Notes under the pieces: generated by a model | Told to the model about the DNA's origin: nothing | What the model saw: only the letters and a program-made list of their open reading frames with translations | The model's database searches: none | Shown here: positions 1 to 12,339 of the stretch, in pieces | Position numbering within the stretch: the first letter of the stretch is position 1 | Layout: each line of letters starts with the position of its first letter | Made by a program: the position numbers and the translations under genes | Origin: Curvularia clavata | Lineage: Eukaryota | NCBI GenBank assembly: GCA_023920165.1 | Contig: CP089279.1 | Location: 1,054,001 to 1,118,000 of the forward strand | Reading direction: 5' to 3' | Length of the DNA stretch: 64,000 nucleotides

Positions 1-1917
1 TAGACGGTGCACCGGCGGACGGTGACTCATCCAGCAAGCTTCATACACTGCAGTCTCTCCCTAAGTCTAACGTATTCACCACGAATCTTCCCGCGGATAC
101 CGAGTTCCCCACGCCCAAAGATTCACACAATGCGCCCCGCGAGAAGCTAGGGCCCCGCATGGTGAAGGGAGCATTGTATACCTACGTGCGTCCAGACCCT
201 CAGGGAGAGGCCGAGTTGCTGGCAGTCAGTAAACGTGCGCTACAAGACATTGGTTTGAAGGAAGACGAGGCCGAGACCGAAGAGTTCAAAGACGTTGTAT
301 CAGGTAGAAAGATCTTGACATGGGATGAGAAGAATCCGGAAGAGGGCATATATCCATGGGCGCAGTGCTATGGTGGATATCAGTTTGGACAGTGGGCTGG
401 CCAGCTGGGTGACGGACGTGCCATTTCGCTGTTCGAATCTACGAATCCTACGACGGGTACACGATACGAGATTCAGCTTAAAGGTGCTGGCCGAACACCG
501 TACTCGCGTTTCGCTGATGGGCGAGCTGTTCTACGCTCTTCCATCCGAGAGTTCGTCGTTTCTGAGTATCTGAATGCGATTGGCATTCCGAGTACACGGG
601 CGCTATCTCTGGTCCTGAATGACGGAAGCAGAATTATGCGTGAACGAATCGAGCCTGGGGCGATTGTTGCGCGTTTTGCGCAGAGCTGGATTCGTTTTGG
701 AACTTTTGATCTGCAGCGCATTCGTGGAGATCGCAAAACATTGCGTATATTGGCAGACTACACGGCAGAGCATGTGTATGGTGGCTGGGACAAGCTGCCG
801 TCAAAACTCCCTTCAGGCGAGGCCAAAGATGTGCATTCCCAGACTCATGACGGCATTTTAAAGGATACAGTCGAAGGCGAAGGCGAAACAGCAGAGAATC
901 GCTACGTCCGACTGTACCGTGCCATCCTCCGCCGCAACGCCGAGACTGTTGCCAAATGGCAAGCATATGGCTTCATGAACGGCGTTCTCAACACAGACAA
1001 CACATCGATTCTTGGTCTCTCAATCGACTTTGGCCCCTTTGCTTTCCTTGATACTTTTGATCCCACGTACACGCCCAATCACGATGATCATATGCTCCGC
1101 TACAGCTACCGCAACCAGCCTACCATCATCTGGTGGAACCTCGTCCGGCTCGGCGAGGCCCTTGGCGAACTCATGGGCGCAGGAAGCCATGTCGACAACG
1201 AAACATTTGTAGAAAAGGGAGTAACGGAAGAACAGGCACCAGAACTGGTCAAATGCGCCGAATCAGCCATCGATCGCGCCGGCGAGGAATACAAAGCTGT
1301 TTTCCTCGCTGAGTACCGTCGCCTCATGACCCTGCGCCTTGGACTCAAAACACAGAAGGAATCAGACTTTGATGTCCTCATGTCTGAACTGCTAGATTGT
1401 CTCGAGGCGTACGAGCTAGATTTCCACCATGCGTTTAGAAGACTGGGTGACGTACAACTGTCTGACGTCGACACCCAAGAAAAGAGGATAGATACTGCCG
1501 GACGCTTTTTCCGCCGCGATGCGGCGCCTAGACGCGAAAGTGAAGGTAGAGAGCGAATTTCAAAATGGCTTGATAAATGGGCGGAGCGTGTCAGGGAAGA
1601 CTGGGGTGAAGGAAAGGACGCTGAAAGAAGAGAAGCTATGAATGCTGTCAATCCAAACGTATGTTGTCCCTCCAGTACCTGATGCTTTTTGATTGATCAA
1701 CTAACGGAAAAAATAGTTCGTCCCCCGTTCCTGGATCCTCGACGAACTTATCGACCGTGTTGAAAAGAAGAGAGAACGTGATATCCTGCCGCAAGTGATG
1801 AACTTGGCGCTGGATCCCTTCCGTGAAAACTGGCAATGGAATGCAGATGAGGAAGAGAGGTTCTGCGGCGACGTACCGAAGTATAAGGGCATGATGCAAT
1901 GTAGTTGTAGTTCTTAG
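1..1917 (+). CDS. FMP40: Protein adenylyltransferase SelO / UPF0061 (5' end outside window)
   Basis: Frame is open from the window start into ORF 159-1682. Motifs: YGGYQFGQWAGQLGDGRA, QLKGAGRTPYSRFADGRAVLRSSIRE, GVLNTDN, IDFGPF. Intron 1659-1716 (GTATGT..CTAAC..TAG); last exon reads FVPRSWILDE...MMQCSCSS*, stop at 1915-1917. Confidence 0.95.
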
Positions 1918-2029
1918 ACATCGATAGGCCTCTTAGAAGAGTAGCAGGTCTTCGTGTTGACACGAAAAAGAAGATGAATAAGAAAAAACGTTGATTTGCC
2001 TGCTTCATATGCGTGCATAGTGATACAGT

Positions 2030-3571
2030 CTAATCCACACCTCCAACCAAGTACTCTCCCACTTCTAGATTTACCGTGCGCCCAAGAGCCCTTGCATATT
2101 CCCACCCGAAATTCACCCTCCACCTAGCCCCTGCCTCTAATGCATCGTTTGAGGCTGCACCCCCCGCGCGCACGAGCAAACGCATGCTTGTGAGCGTCGC
2201 AATCTGTGTGTACAGATCTGCCACCTGGGGCACTGTTCCGTCCAGCAGAGCGCGAAAAATAGCAAGTAGACGGTCCAGAGTGAAGGGGCTGGGTGTCAAG
2301 AGATGCCGACTGATTTTGCGGTGCTTGGAGCCAGAGCGTTTGCCGGTTACACTGAAGGAAGAGATAGCTGGGGCGCGCCGCTTGTTCTTCCGCTTGTCGG
2401 TATGCTTCATGAAATATGTTACGTCTGTGCGAGCAGGATTGTACGAAGCTAGGTATGCGGCAATGAGGATGTGAGTGGTGAAATACGGTAGAGTATGAGC
2501 GGTCATGTTTGCTAGTTTCTTTTTGCTAGGAGTAGCTGGAGTAATAGCATCATTGGTAGTGGGATTGGCGACGCTGTCGGCAGATATGATGCGGTCGAGG
2601 ACTGAATCTTCGAGCTGGAACAGGTGGCGCCGGTTCACCATCAAACGGGAAAAGTCGCGCGTACCGAATTGACCCGAGAGTATAGGTTCGACGAAAGGTC
2701 GCCATAGTCGCATTGCGCAGCTTTTGAAGCTGACGAGGTCTCGACCAGTGTGTTTTGCAAGGGAGTCGTACACAGCTTGTAAGAAGCGGCCCCAGAGCCA
2801 TGCATCGTCCTCGGCAGCAAGATCCGGGGTATAATCAGGAAAATTTTCGAGAGATGGTGGATCAATGAAGATTTTCGGTGGGTTGGCACCTAGGATTGTA
2901 AGAAGTTCGGTGCGTGTATAAGATGGGAAATGAAGGAACAGCGTGGAGGCGGAGTGGAGGACGGAGGGCGCAAGTGGCAGCGTTGTAGACAGGATGATGG
3001 AAAGATTGGGTATCTTTGAGACTTGGTCAGTACTGAATTCTTGTGCTCATATAGCCAGAAGCCTACCGATTCTCCCAGTCGTCCCAGCGCAGCGATCAAT
3101 GTTCCTCCTCCTTCGCGCAGTTTATCCATGCCATCCAGCACCAGAACAAACTTCCCCCTCCCTTCTAAGATCTTGCCCATATTTACGCATAGTGCGCTCA
3201 GGTTTTCTGTTCGTGCATATGGTCTCCTGTCCGTCTTCTCGTCGTGGAACTCATCAAGCGCATCGAGACTAGATGCGACGATGCGCTCAACGAGATGGCG
3301 TGTTGTTATACATTCGCGGACATTGATGATGACATGCCATGCGCAAGACAGGTGGAAATAGGAGCGTAGGATCGAGGATTTTCCAGTTGCAGTCAGGCCG
3401 TGGATGTTAAGGAAGGGAGGAGACGGAAGATGGGCCTGTTGTTGATTAGCATTGTGCATACTGGGGATGGGGAATTGATCGCACGCTATAGAGAGCTGCG
3501 AGACTCTGTATCTGGTGATGACGGCATTGGAATTCAGCGTCAAGCTGTGCAATGATTTCGTCGGGCAACAT
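2030..3571 (-). CDS. ORC5: Origin recognition complex subunit 5 (two introns)
   Basis: ATG at 3571 (MLPDEIIAQLDAEFQCRHHQIQSLAALYS). Walker A GLTATGKS, Walker B-like VLVLDGMDKL, and C-terminal LIAAYLASYNPARTD..F and PSPFTLDRLLAIF typical of ORC5. Confidence 0.92.
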
Positions 3572-4849
3572 TGTCGCGAGATGTGCTTGTTGAAGCCGCA
3601 GTGCTAGGGTTGGATGGGATGTGATGGTCGCGCTAGATCGACGCTAAACGCGACTGCACGTGCCTTTCAGCATAACACAAAGACCCTTTCATCGTCGTGT
3701 GCAATGTTTGCCATTGCCCGGCGACAGATCCGTCAGCAGGGAGTCGACCGCCATCTCATTCCGATATAGCCTTTTTAAATCTATCACAGATGGTGGCCAT
3801 CCACTATCTTCGCTGAGCAAACGCATTCTCTGCCCAACTTCCAGTGTCCATCAGACCGTTTACGGATTCACACTTTCCATTCGCAAAGTGCCTTCATTCG
3901 TTCATCGCTCCTGCCGTCAGAGATATAGGAAGTTTGACGCTTCTTGTCGAGGCCGTAGTATCAGGAAAGGTCACAAAGTGCATCGACACCGTCTCTGTAG
4001 CCATCTTCAAATGAAACCACATTCAACGATTCTAGGATCCTCAGACGGCCATGTCTAAGATTCTACGAGGCTGACTTACAAGACGAATCTTAAATTCCAT
4101 CACAGGCTCAATATTTAGGATATACATGACCAGTTTGCGTGGGGAAATGTCGAACAACAGCTTGAACACATCGAAAAGGTCCAAAACGACATTCGAGGAC
4201 AGGCAAAGCAACTGCCCCTTCCTGGTACTTTGGCCTACCCCGAAGCACTCACCGAAACTCACTATGTTGCGTGCAATCCACTACATGGGACATCAGTGGC
4301 GTGATCATATCGTTAAGCAACAGGTTGGTCATGATTCTGCAGTCGATCTGCTCGTATTTACGTACACAATTGCTTTTTCACCATACAGTCGACCACCCGC
4401 ACAATCCACGTGTAAGGGTATTACTCAAGAAATGAGCTAACTTTCATGCGGCCGAAGTTCTGCATACACTACGTGCCGTGAAAGGCGGGTCCTGCAGCTC
4501 TTGAGATCCTTCTCAATTTCCGCACGTCAACTAAGACTTTCCACGAAAGGCGACCATACTACGGGAACGGCTAGCTACGGTGTTCTAACATTGTCTTTAC
4601 AATCCTTGAAATCCTTCTCGCATTTCGAGCAACTCTGTGCTTTACGACGGCCGCCTGTTTGCGCTGAGGTGTATAATGATTTCATGCTTTACGCTCGACA
4701 CCTTCGTAGCGAAACGCTCAGTTCTCAAATTGTTCGGGTATTGATATAAATATCTAAAAACGATGCTGAAGCCTAGCTTCTTTTGTAACCCGCCTGCTTC
4801 AACAGACATAACCCATTAACTGTCATCATGCTCCGCCGCGTGCCAACAT

Positions 4850-6546
4850 CTACATACCCTTGTTGATATACTCAACAGGTCCAATGTATACCTTACGTCC
4901 CCGAACGAAGAAATAGATCAAGGAAAAGATGACAACAACTCCGTAGATCAGGATATTCCAGTTCATCAAATCGGCCGTTGGGTGAGGGAAGGTAGGGAAG
5001 AAAACAAAAACAAAGGCTATGCAGAGATACACAACGGAAATGCCGTTGATCCAGATGCCAGCACGACCAAGAGAGAACTTGCATGGCAGAAGTGTCTCGC
5101 CGTTCCACCTCTTGACGAACATGCACGAAATACTGATGATGTAAGACGACAACAGTGCGCACGTACCGAGCGAGGCAATGGAGTTGAAAGCGACGGTGCT
5201 GCCGATGTTGATGAGCGAAAGGGCGATAGCAACACCGAATGACATGAAGACACTGTTGAGGGGAATGTCCCATCCTGGCTGAACACGGGCGAAGAACGAG
5301 CTAAAGGGCACACCGTTATCGCGGGCGAAAGCGAAAAGCTGGCGCGAGCACGTTGCGACGTTGTTGACGCAACCGAATACAGCCATGATGGTTGTGATAG
5401 ACGCCAGGGCAGTAGCACCGGGAACCGACTTTGTCGCGTTGTATAGGACCTGGATATGTGGCTGGCCGGTTGGCGTGTTGAGAACGCTGTGTACGTCGCC
5501 GAGGCAGAAGCAGAAAGTTACCAGCATAAGGAAACCGAGAGTGCTGTTGACAACTGCCGTCGCAAGCATGGCCCTAGGGAGCGTGTGCGAAGCGTCCTTC
5601 AGCTCCTCGGACATGTGTGTCGCAGCATCTGCACCCAGAAGGGCGAAGATGGGTGTCAGTTGTCCTACCAGCACGGACAATCCCACGCTGCCCCATCCTG
5701 CGTTATCCTGGAAGCTACCGAATACCTCTTTGGCTTCACTGCGTGGTCCCAACACCCACATAGTGATGAAGACGGCGAAGAAACCGAAGATATGGAGGAC
5801 CAGGACGATGCCTTCGACGAGGGGCAGCTTGCGTGCCAGCAGCGTGTTGAAGAGGATCGAGAATGTGGCGACAGCTATGATGAGGAGAGTACCGTGCCAT
5901 CTCTCGGGAACGTAATCGGGATTATTGAGGATCACAAGGCCTTGTATTTGGCCACCAGCGAGGAAGGCAATGGACGCAATACCGGTCTGCCAACCCAGCA
6001 CACAGAGCCAGCCCACGAGATAGCTGAGGAATTTCTGGTGTTTCCTGGGCGCAAACTCTGATACCCAATGGTATTGTCCGCCAGATGTAGGTGCCCTAGA
6101 TGTGTCAGTGACTGTTTTATTGGCCATGGAAGCATTTTCCTTTCACGGCCACTCCCTCAAACCACACTTACATTGAAGCCATCTCGGCCATAGAAACAAT
6201 CACGAATCCCATGCCCAGTGCCGATATAAGGAACATAACAATGGCGCCACCCGTGCCACCATTGGTCAGTGGAATGATCAGAGTACTAGGGGTTGTCAGA
6301 TATCAGAAGAACAGTCGTACAAACATCCACTTACGTCAAAACCGTTTCCCAGGTCGCCATCAGCACCATAGAGTATCCGAAGATGGACACAAAGCGGAAG
6401 TTTCGACGCAGTTCCTGTTGCTTTCCCATTCGATACATGTCTTTCTGGTCATTGGCAGTTCCCAGCTTGTGCGAAGCAGCAGCATCTTGGGGTACTCCAT
6501 TGTCGCAAGGGAGGACTGCAGCCTCGAGGCCTTTGGAGTCCGACAT
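4850..6546 (-). CDS. APC-family amino acid/GABA/choline permease (several introns)
   Basis: Exon 1 has DMYRMGKQQELRRNF. Later motifs EMASM..APTSGGQYHWVSEFAP, HMSEE and SRQLFAFARDNGVPF, with about 12 hydrophobic segments. Confidence 0.92.
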
Positions 6547-7531
6547 AATGGACTAACTGATGCAAAAAGGAATTAAAGGTAAAGAAAAAGAAGAATTCAC
6601 GACTACAATGTGGCTATAGGCCGACAAAAAACCAAGGCGACACTGGCGCTAGGAGCTGGTGGAGACAAGCAGTCGTACGAGGGAGAGTGCGGTATGCACC
6701 AATGTATGTATCTGTCTCAAGCACACTCACCCGATTACGACCGGTTATTGTCTCTGGCACGCTCCTTGTCGGTCCTTCTGCGCTTAATCTACCAAGTACC
6801 CAACGCCGTGTTCAAGACGGCCTAAGCGAAGGGTCGAGGTCTCTTCAGACTATGCGCGTCCCCGCGGCACAGCAACGGAAGACCAATGCGCCACAATCTC
6901 ACAAGACAAATCAGATGCTTGTACGTCTTTGGCGCAGTACAAGGGTGCTCCTTTGATTCGCTCGGTATCAAGAATGCTGGTTACTTATGCATACATATGC
7001 CGCAAGAGTGGCCGGTTTTTGCGTTTTTTTCCATGCGGCGTAGTTGTCGAAGGGCCGTGGGAGCTGCTGCCCTGTTCACTCGCTCGGAGGAATCCTAGAT
7101 ACAGCTAACATATCAACCGGGGGGCGGGTCGGGGCGGACGGCAGCGCTCCCCATTTTATCTTAACGATGCAACGTCCACCCCCTGTCCTTTTCCAAATGC
7201 GCTACTTGACACGGGATGAAGGAGGATGCAGAAGAGAATCCCCATTCTACGGTTCACCAATGCCCGTACCCTGAATTACCCATTTTCCCTGTCCCGTATT
7301 CCTACAGAACACGGGTTGAGTGCCGGCCGGCCAATTGCAGCGAGATCTTACCCGTGTTCTGACACGCCGCAAACCTAATGCTCGAAGCAATGGCAACACA
7401 GGGGCATTCGGGATCCAAGGCTGCTATGTGCTACGTGAGCATTCTTCAAATGGCGTGCTGCCGCGCCCCCCTCTTCAAGTAGTCCTGACGGTTCCAGTCC
7501 CGATCAGCGCGGGTCCACACAACTTTTTACC

Positions 7532-8878
7532 ATGTCAGCGGCATCAACTCCACCGTTCGACGATGGACGTTACCGGTGGGCTGTCAACACAAGCGACGAT
7601 CATAGCGGGACATTGTATATTTTTACTTTTCTCGGCTTCACGTATAGCAGTTTCACGTTTCTCACTCGCCTCTATATAAAATGGCATATGCTGGGATTGG
7701 ATGATGCGGCCATGCTGGCCGCGCAGGTACTTACACTTGCGATGTCTAGTGCATCGACATTGATACTGACACAGAGCTAGGTGGTCGATGTCGTTCAATT
7801 TTCGTTGATACTCGCGTGTTTGTCCACGGGACTGGCAAAGTCCTTTGATATTCTGACTGAGGCGCAATACTCACAGATGGCTTCGGTACTACACCTGATT
7901 CACTATTTCCATTGCTTCTAGATCTGACATGCTCGACAGATTTATGCCAGTAGTCAAATAGCCATCTATATCACTCTCGGCGTCTCAAAGCTCGCCACGA
8001 TCCTCTTGGTCCAGCGCCTGTTCACAAAGGAAATGCGAGACGCGTGGAAAACGTGTACCGCCGTCATCGCCGCCATCGTCATCTGGACTATCGCGTCTGC
8101 ACTCCTCGTCTCCGTAGGCTGTTCACCCGACAGTCTGTCACCAAAGACCGCTTCACAAGCGTGTCCTGGCCTTGAAACTCGATATATGATTGTCATCATT
8201 ACCGATGCCTTGACGGACGCTGTCCTCGCTTTCATCCCTACATACCTCATCCGCCATCTCCAAATGCCCGTGGCATTCAAACTTCAAGTCCTCGGCATCT
8301 TCGCGCTACGACTTCCTCTCATCGTTTTGACAGTTCTCTTCTTCAAGGCGTGGCAGATATCGTTACACAGCGAGAACCCTGGTGTCTTCCGCACAGCGGC
8401 ATTGGTGTTGCAACAGGCACATGTCTGTTCTTCACTTCTCGCCGGTACCATTCCTTGCCTAAAGTCTTTCCTCCGAAGTTTCGATACGGGCAGCGGCGTG
8501 AAACCCGGCCTTGGATCCAGTTCAAAATCGTCGGGGCGGTACGGCTACGTTTCGACCATTCGCCATAGCAAGCCACAGACAGCGCAGCACGAAGAGGGGT
8601 ACCGCATGGATATACTCAAGACCAATGCGAGCGGCGGATCGATATCTCCTTCGGGAGAAAGAGAAAGAGCTGGCGAAGCTAGCGCCAGTGGGAGGCACTC
8701 AGCCGTGGAAGAAGACGCGGTAGCGAGCAACAAGAGCGTCGATCTGGATCGCCGCTCAAGCCAACGAAGTACTGATCAGCTCTTTATCAGAAAAGACGTC
8801 GAGTGGACGGTGAAAAATGAGCCTGCCCGCGACGGTGCCAAGAACTACAAACCAGGCAAACTTCAACTGCCCAAGTAA
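7532..8878 (+). CDS. PTH11-like integral membrane protein (fungal rhodopsin-domain GPCR-like, no CFEM seen); two introns
   Basis: TRLYIKWHMLGLDD, a TLGVSKL-like segment, TDAVLAFIP..LQM, IFALRL, AGTIPCLKSFL, then a Ser-rich cytoplasmic tail. Confidence 0.75.
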
Positions 8879-9043
8879 AACTATACCCTCATAACATTCT
8901 TTGCTCCCCCATTTTTTATATGTAAATAGAAACGCACAGCACAGCTAGATACCCCCAACTTGATTATACATTCGTTTGCAATGCAAATTTTCATTACCGA
9001 GATGTCCATATCAAACTTGTCTATGTGAACACCTGCCATCCCA

Positions 9044-9766
9044 TCACCTCTCCTTCGGCCACATGAACAAAATATCCCCACCCTTCACCTCTGACTCCTT
9101 CAGCGGATTTCCCTCCCCCTCATTCGCATTCCCCACTACCTCGTCAAACCCACAGCGAAGATAAAACCCATTTGTCCCTTCACTGGACGTCACGCTCGCA
9201 GCCACCCCGTCTTTCTGCGCGCGCTCAATCCCCCACCTAACCAGCAGTCTTCCGCACCCGCGCCCCGCAAACTCCGGATCAACCGCACACAGCATCAGAA
9301 ACCAATTTCGTGCGTTAGACCCGGCCCAGTAGTGCTTTGTGAATTCTGCAGACTGCTCGAGGATATTCTTTTTAGTTGGGTCCAGAGCGCGGTTAGGATG
9401 CTGCAAAGTGGGTACAAGAGGGGGAAAATGAGGGCGCGGATCACGCCATGATTGCGTTATCTCTTGTACGCTGGTGTTGTTTTCATCGTCGCCCTGTCGC
9501 TGCCATATTGCGGCACCGACGACGCGGTCTTCGGGTTGCGAGGGGCTGCTGGGGCTAACGACGACAAAGACTTTATTGCGAGGATTGACCCAGTCGCCGC
9601 GAATTGTTTCGTGCCAGAAGATTTGGACGTCGTCTGGGTAGAGGGACCGGTGGGGATGGATTACTCGGCCGAAGAGGTCTTCGTTGAAGAAGGCGCGCGT
9701 GCAGAGAGAGGCCATCGCTGGCTCGTCCGAAGGCTCGGCGGGACGCAGGTACATGGTGCTGCTCAT
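9044..9766 (-). CDS. GNAT-family N-acetyltransferase
   Basis: LRPAEPSD N-terminus; acetyl-CoA motif A LCAVDPEFAGRGCGRLLV; GFYLRCGF. First ATG at 9766. Confidence 0.88.
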   Translation of the reverse strand: MSSTMYLRPAEPSDEPAMASLCTRAFFNEDLFGRVIHPHRSLYPDDVQIFWHETIRGDWVNPRNKVFVVVSPSSPSQPEDRVVGAAIWQRQGDDENNTSVQEITQSWRDPRPHFPPLVPTLQHPNRALDPTKKNILEQSAEFTKHYWAGSNARNWFLMLCAVDPEFAGRGCGRLLVRWGIERAQKDGVAASVTSSEGTNGFYLRCGFDEVVGNANEGEGNPLKESEVKGGDILFMWPKER

Positions 9767-10248
9767 GACCCTGGTGAACTTGGCTGACTGTTCTACCAAC
9801 TTAAAGTTCCTGCCTTTGGGGGTTAAAGCGATTTAAATAATTCCTGCAATTGGCTAGTCTTCATACAGTTAAAACATGTACGTTCCTTCGTGGCTATTGA
9901 ACTTCATTGGGCATCGCCTTGAAAACAATCGGGGCAATTCTCCGTACACCTTTGCTGATGAATCTCAATGGAATTTTCAATCTTGTATTGAATCGTCATG
10001 AATGTCGTCGTCTGGACAATCTCCTTCCGGTGCCAGCTATTCGACTATCTCTGCAATTGATCCCGATGAATCCCGAAATTCGAATCTCATCTTCTCCAGT
10101 TCCAGAGACTTGATTGCTTCCACCAAAAGTGTCGTCTTTGTTCTAATATACATAGCGGCGGCCATCCGAGAACAGCTGAAGCAAGAGCGTAACTCAGGCC
10201 GTCATGTGGGTACTGTGCATCCAACATAATACATGACGAATCCTCCAC

Positions 10249-11589
10249 TTAAGCATGTAAGGTATCCTTCATACCAGTCCTGGCATCAGTAGCCTTGTCC
10301 TCCTCCTTGAACTCCCAGGTTAGAAGCTTCCAGTTGAGCTTGTTTGGTCGCCAAAACAGACCGTTCTTCAATCCAGGGACTGCTGGTGACGATTCACTGG
10401 AGTCATCTGATGTCATACCTCCAGTATGAGGCATGCGTTTACCAAAGACGCATCGTCTGAACCTTGAATGCAGGATGGCCATGGAACACATGACACACGG
10501 CTCGTGGGTCAGGTAAATGTCTAGGTCGACACATAGATAGCCAGAGGCGTTAATGTTGTCCTTGGAAAAGTATTCCTTTTCGAGCGAGGTGATGGGGTTG
10601 TCACAGAAGAAAGGGCGGTCGAGGTTTTCAGGGTCTTTGTCGCCAGCACGGAGTCGCTTCTTTCCAACCATGGCGATGGCACGTAGCGCAGCGTGAGCCA
10701 TGACATTGCCGGTGCCGGTGTGGGGTTCTGTACAAGATTCCCAGCGGCAGTCGCCTGCGACAACAACAACGTCGGAGTTTGTTTTGGTTTGGTCGACAAT
10801 AACGACGCCAACGTTCTCACCCAGACCCTCATCGGATGTCTTCTGGCCAACCATCTTCGCCAAGGCAAGGAATTCGCCGGCCCCGAGCTGTATCTCGCTC
10901 TGATTGCGCTGGACGAGGCTCGGATGGGGGCCGTAGGGATTGGTGTTCTTGTACGCAATGGGCCAGTACTGGTTGCTCCACTCGTCGGCTTGCTCGGCAG
11001 ATATGGGTGCAAGAGCTGGTACAGTCACCTGGAAAATGCGCGGGAGCGCAACAGTGCCGTCGTTATAGGGCTCGATTTTGCGTAGGATGTCCCGGAGTTC
11101 AGGCTGAGTCAGAAACCGCGTAGGGCAAAGCACAAAGAAGCGCACTGTATCAAGATAATTAATATCGTCCTCACTGCCTTGTTCGACAGGGGCCGCGGAT
11201 GCATTAGGAGAAGAAGAGGCAGAGGCAGGGGAGGAAGATAAATATATTGAACCAAATTCATTATTATCTTCCGAACCTTTGGGAAGCCTCGAGGGTGGGC
11301 GATATTCCTGCTGTAGGTGCTCTGGCAAGAACCTGAGCTGGCAAACACGGCGCAAGTGGGAGATCTCAGCCGTCTTGAAATCTGGCAATGCTGCGTGCAG
11401 GGCACTGTAATTTTTAGTACAACCGATCTAGCAGCTGAATGGCGAATGCGTAGCTTACTCTTTGATAGGGTTGGTATGCTTGCTCGGCACCTCGGCTACA
11501 TAGACGGTATGCGTCTCTAGGCTGGCCCGCACCTCTTCCTTGGTACGAAGCGGGACGAGGCGGCCTGACAGTGGACGTAGGGTGCTCAT
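10249..11589 (-). CDS. TAD3: tRNA-specific adenosine-34 deaminase, non-catalytic subunit Tad3 (one intron near 11405-11458)
   Basis: HLRR motif, YWP, HAALRAI (catalytic Glu absent, as in Tad3), YLCVDLDIYLTHEPCVMCSMAILHSRF, LNWK. Exon 1 starts MSTLRPLSGRLVPLRTKEE. Confidence 0.9.
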
Positions 11590-12339
11590 AGCATCGCTTG
11601 TTGACTTGGAACTGCGCTCAGGCGTCGACGGGACCAGACGCTGCTAGGCGTTGGACAAGCTGGGTAAGCAATGGCACTGCTCGAGCGGTGAGTTGTTCGC
11701 GTGGGCAGGTAGAAGCAAGACAAGAAACAGCTGAAAGAAAAAAAGACAACCTGATAGGCTGCCGCAATGGGCGAGTTGGCTGGTAGTAGAAGAAAGCATG
11801 ATGACCAAAGGGGAAAGAAAAAGTTACAAAATGCAGTAGCCAGGCACTAGTGGGGCGGGGCTGCCGTTGCCGCATGCCTTCTGGTTTGGGACTAAACCTA
11901 CCCGTTTGGCTCTTCCCTGCTCCCCAGTCACCAAACATCATCAACGCACCATCACCATGTCAAATTCTACCAGAGAGAGCGACATCGGAGTTAAAGCATG
12001 GCGAGACTAACTTATGGGGGGCGTCTGGGGTACTCCTCCCCACATTGCTAGAGCGGGGATCCCTAATGGTCACGTGGTAGGAAACCCCGCATGCCCTACC
12101 CTGATCAGCTACGGCAAATGTCATCCAAACGAGTCTTGGACTTCTTTTAATCCCGTACATTCTCCATTGCCGATATGCAAGGCGCTGAGGAAGAAATGCC
12201 CGAACCGTCAGGCCGCATGCTAGGCTGCCTAAGCCTGTCACGTAGAGACTCTTGTCCCTCTACAAATATATACAAGTACCGCCATACTTGAGAACTATCT
12301 TCCTTGTCCGCACACTCTTGCCGTCCTGAGGATACAATC

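Noticed and set aside
1891..2030. Selenocysteine recoding/SECIS in SelO
   Set aside because: The tail uses TGT Cys codons and a TAG stop; there is no in-frame TGA.
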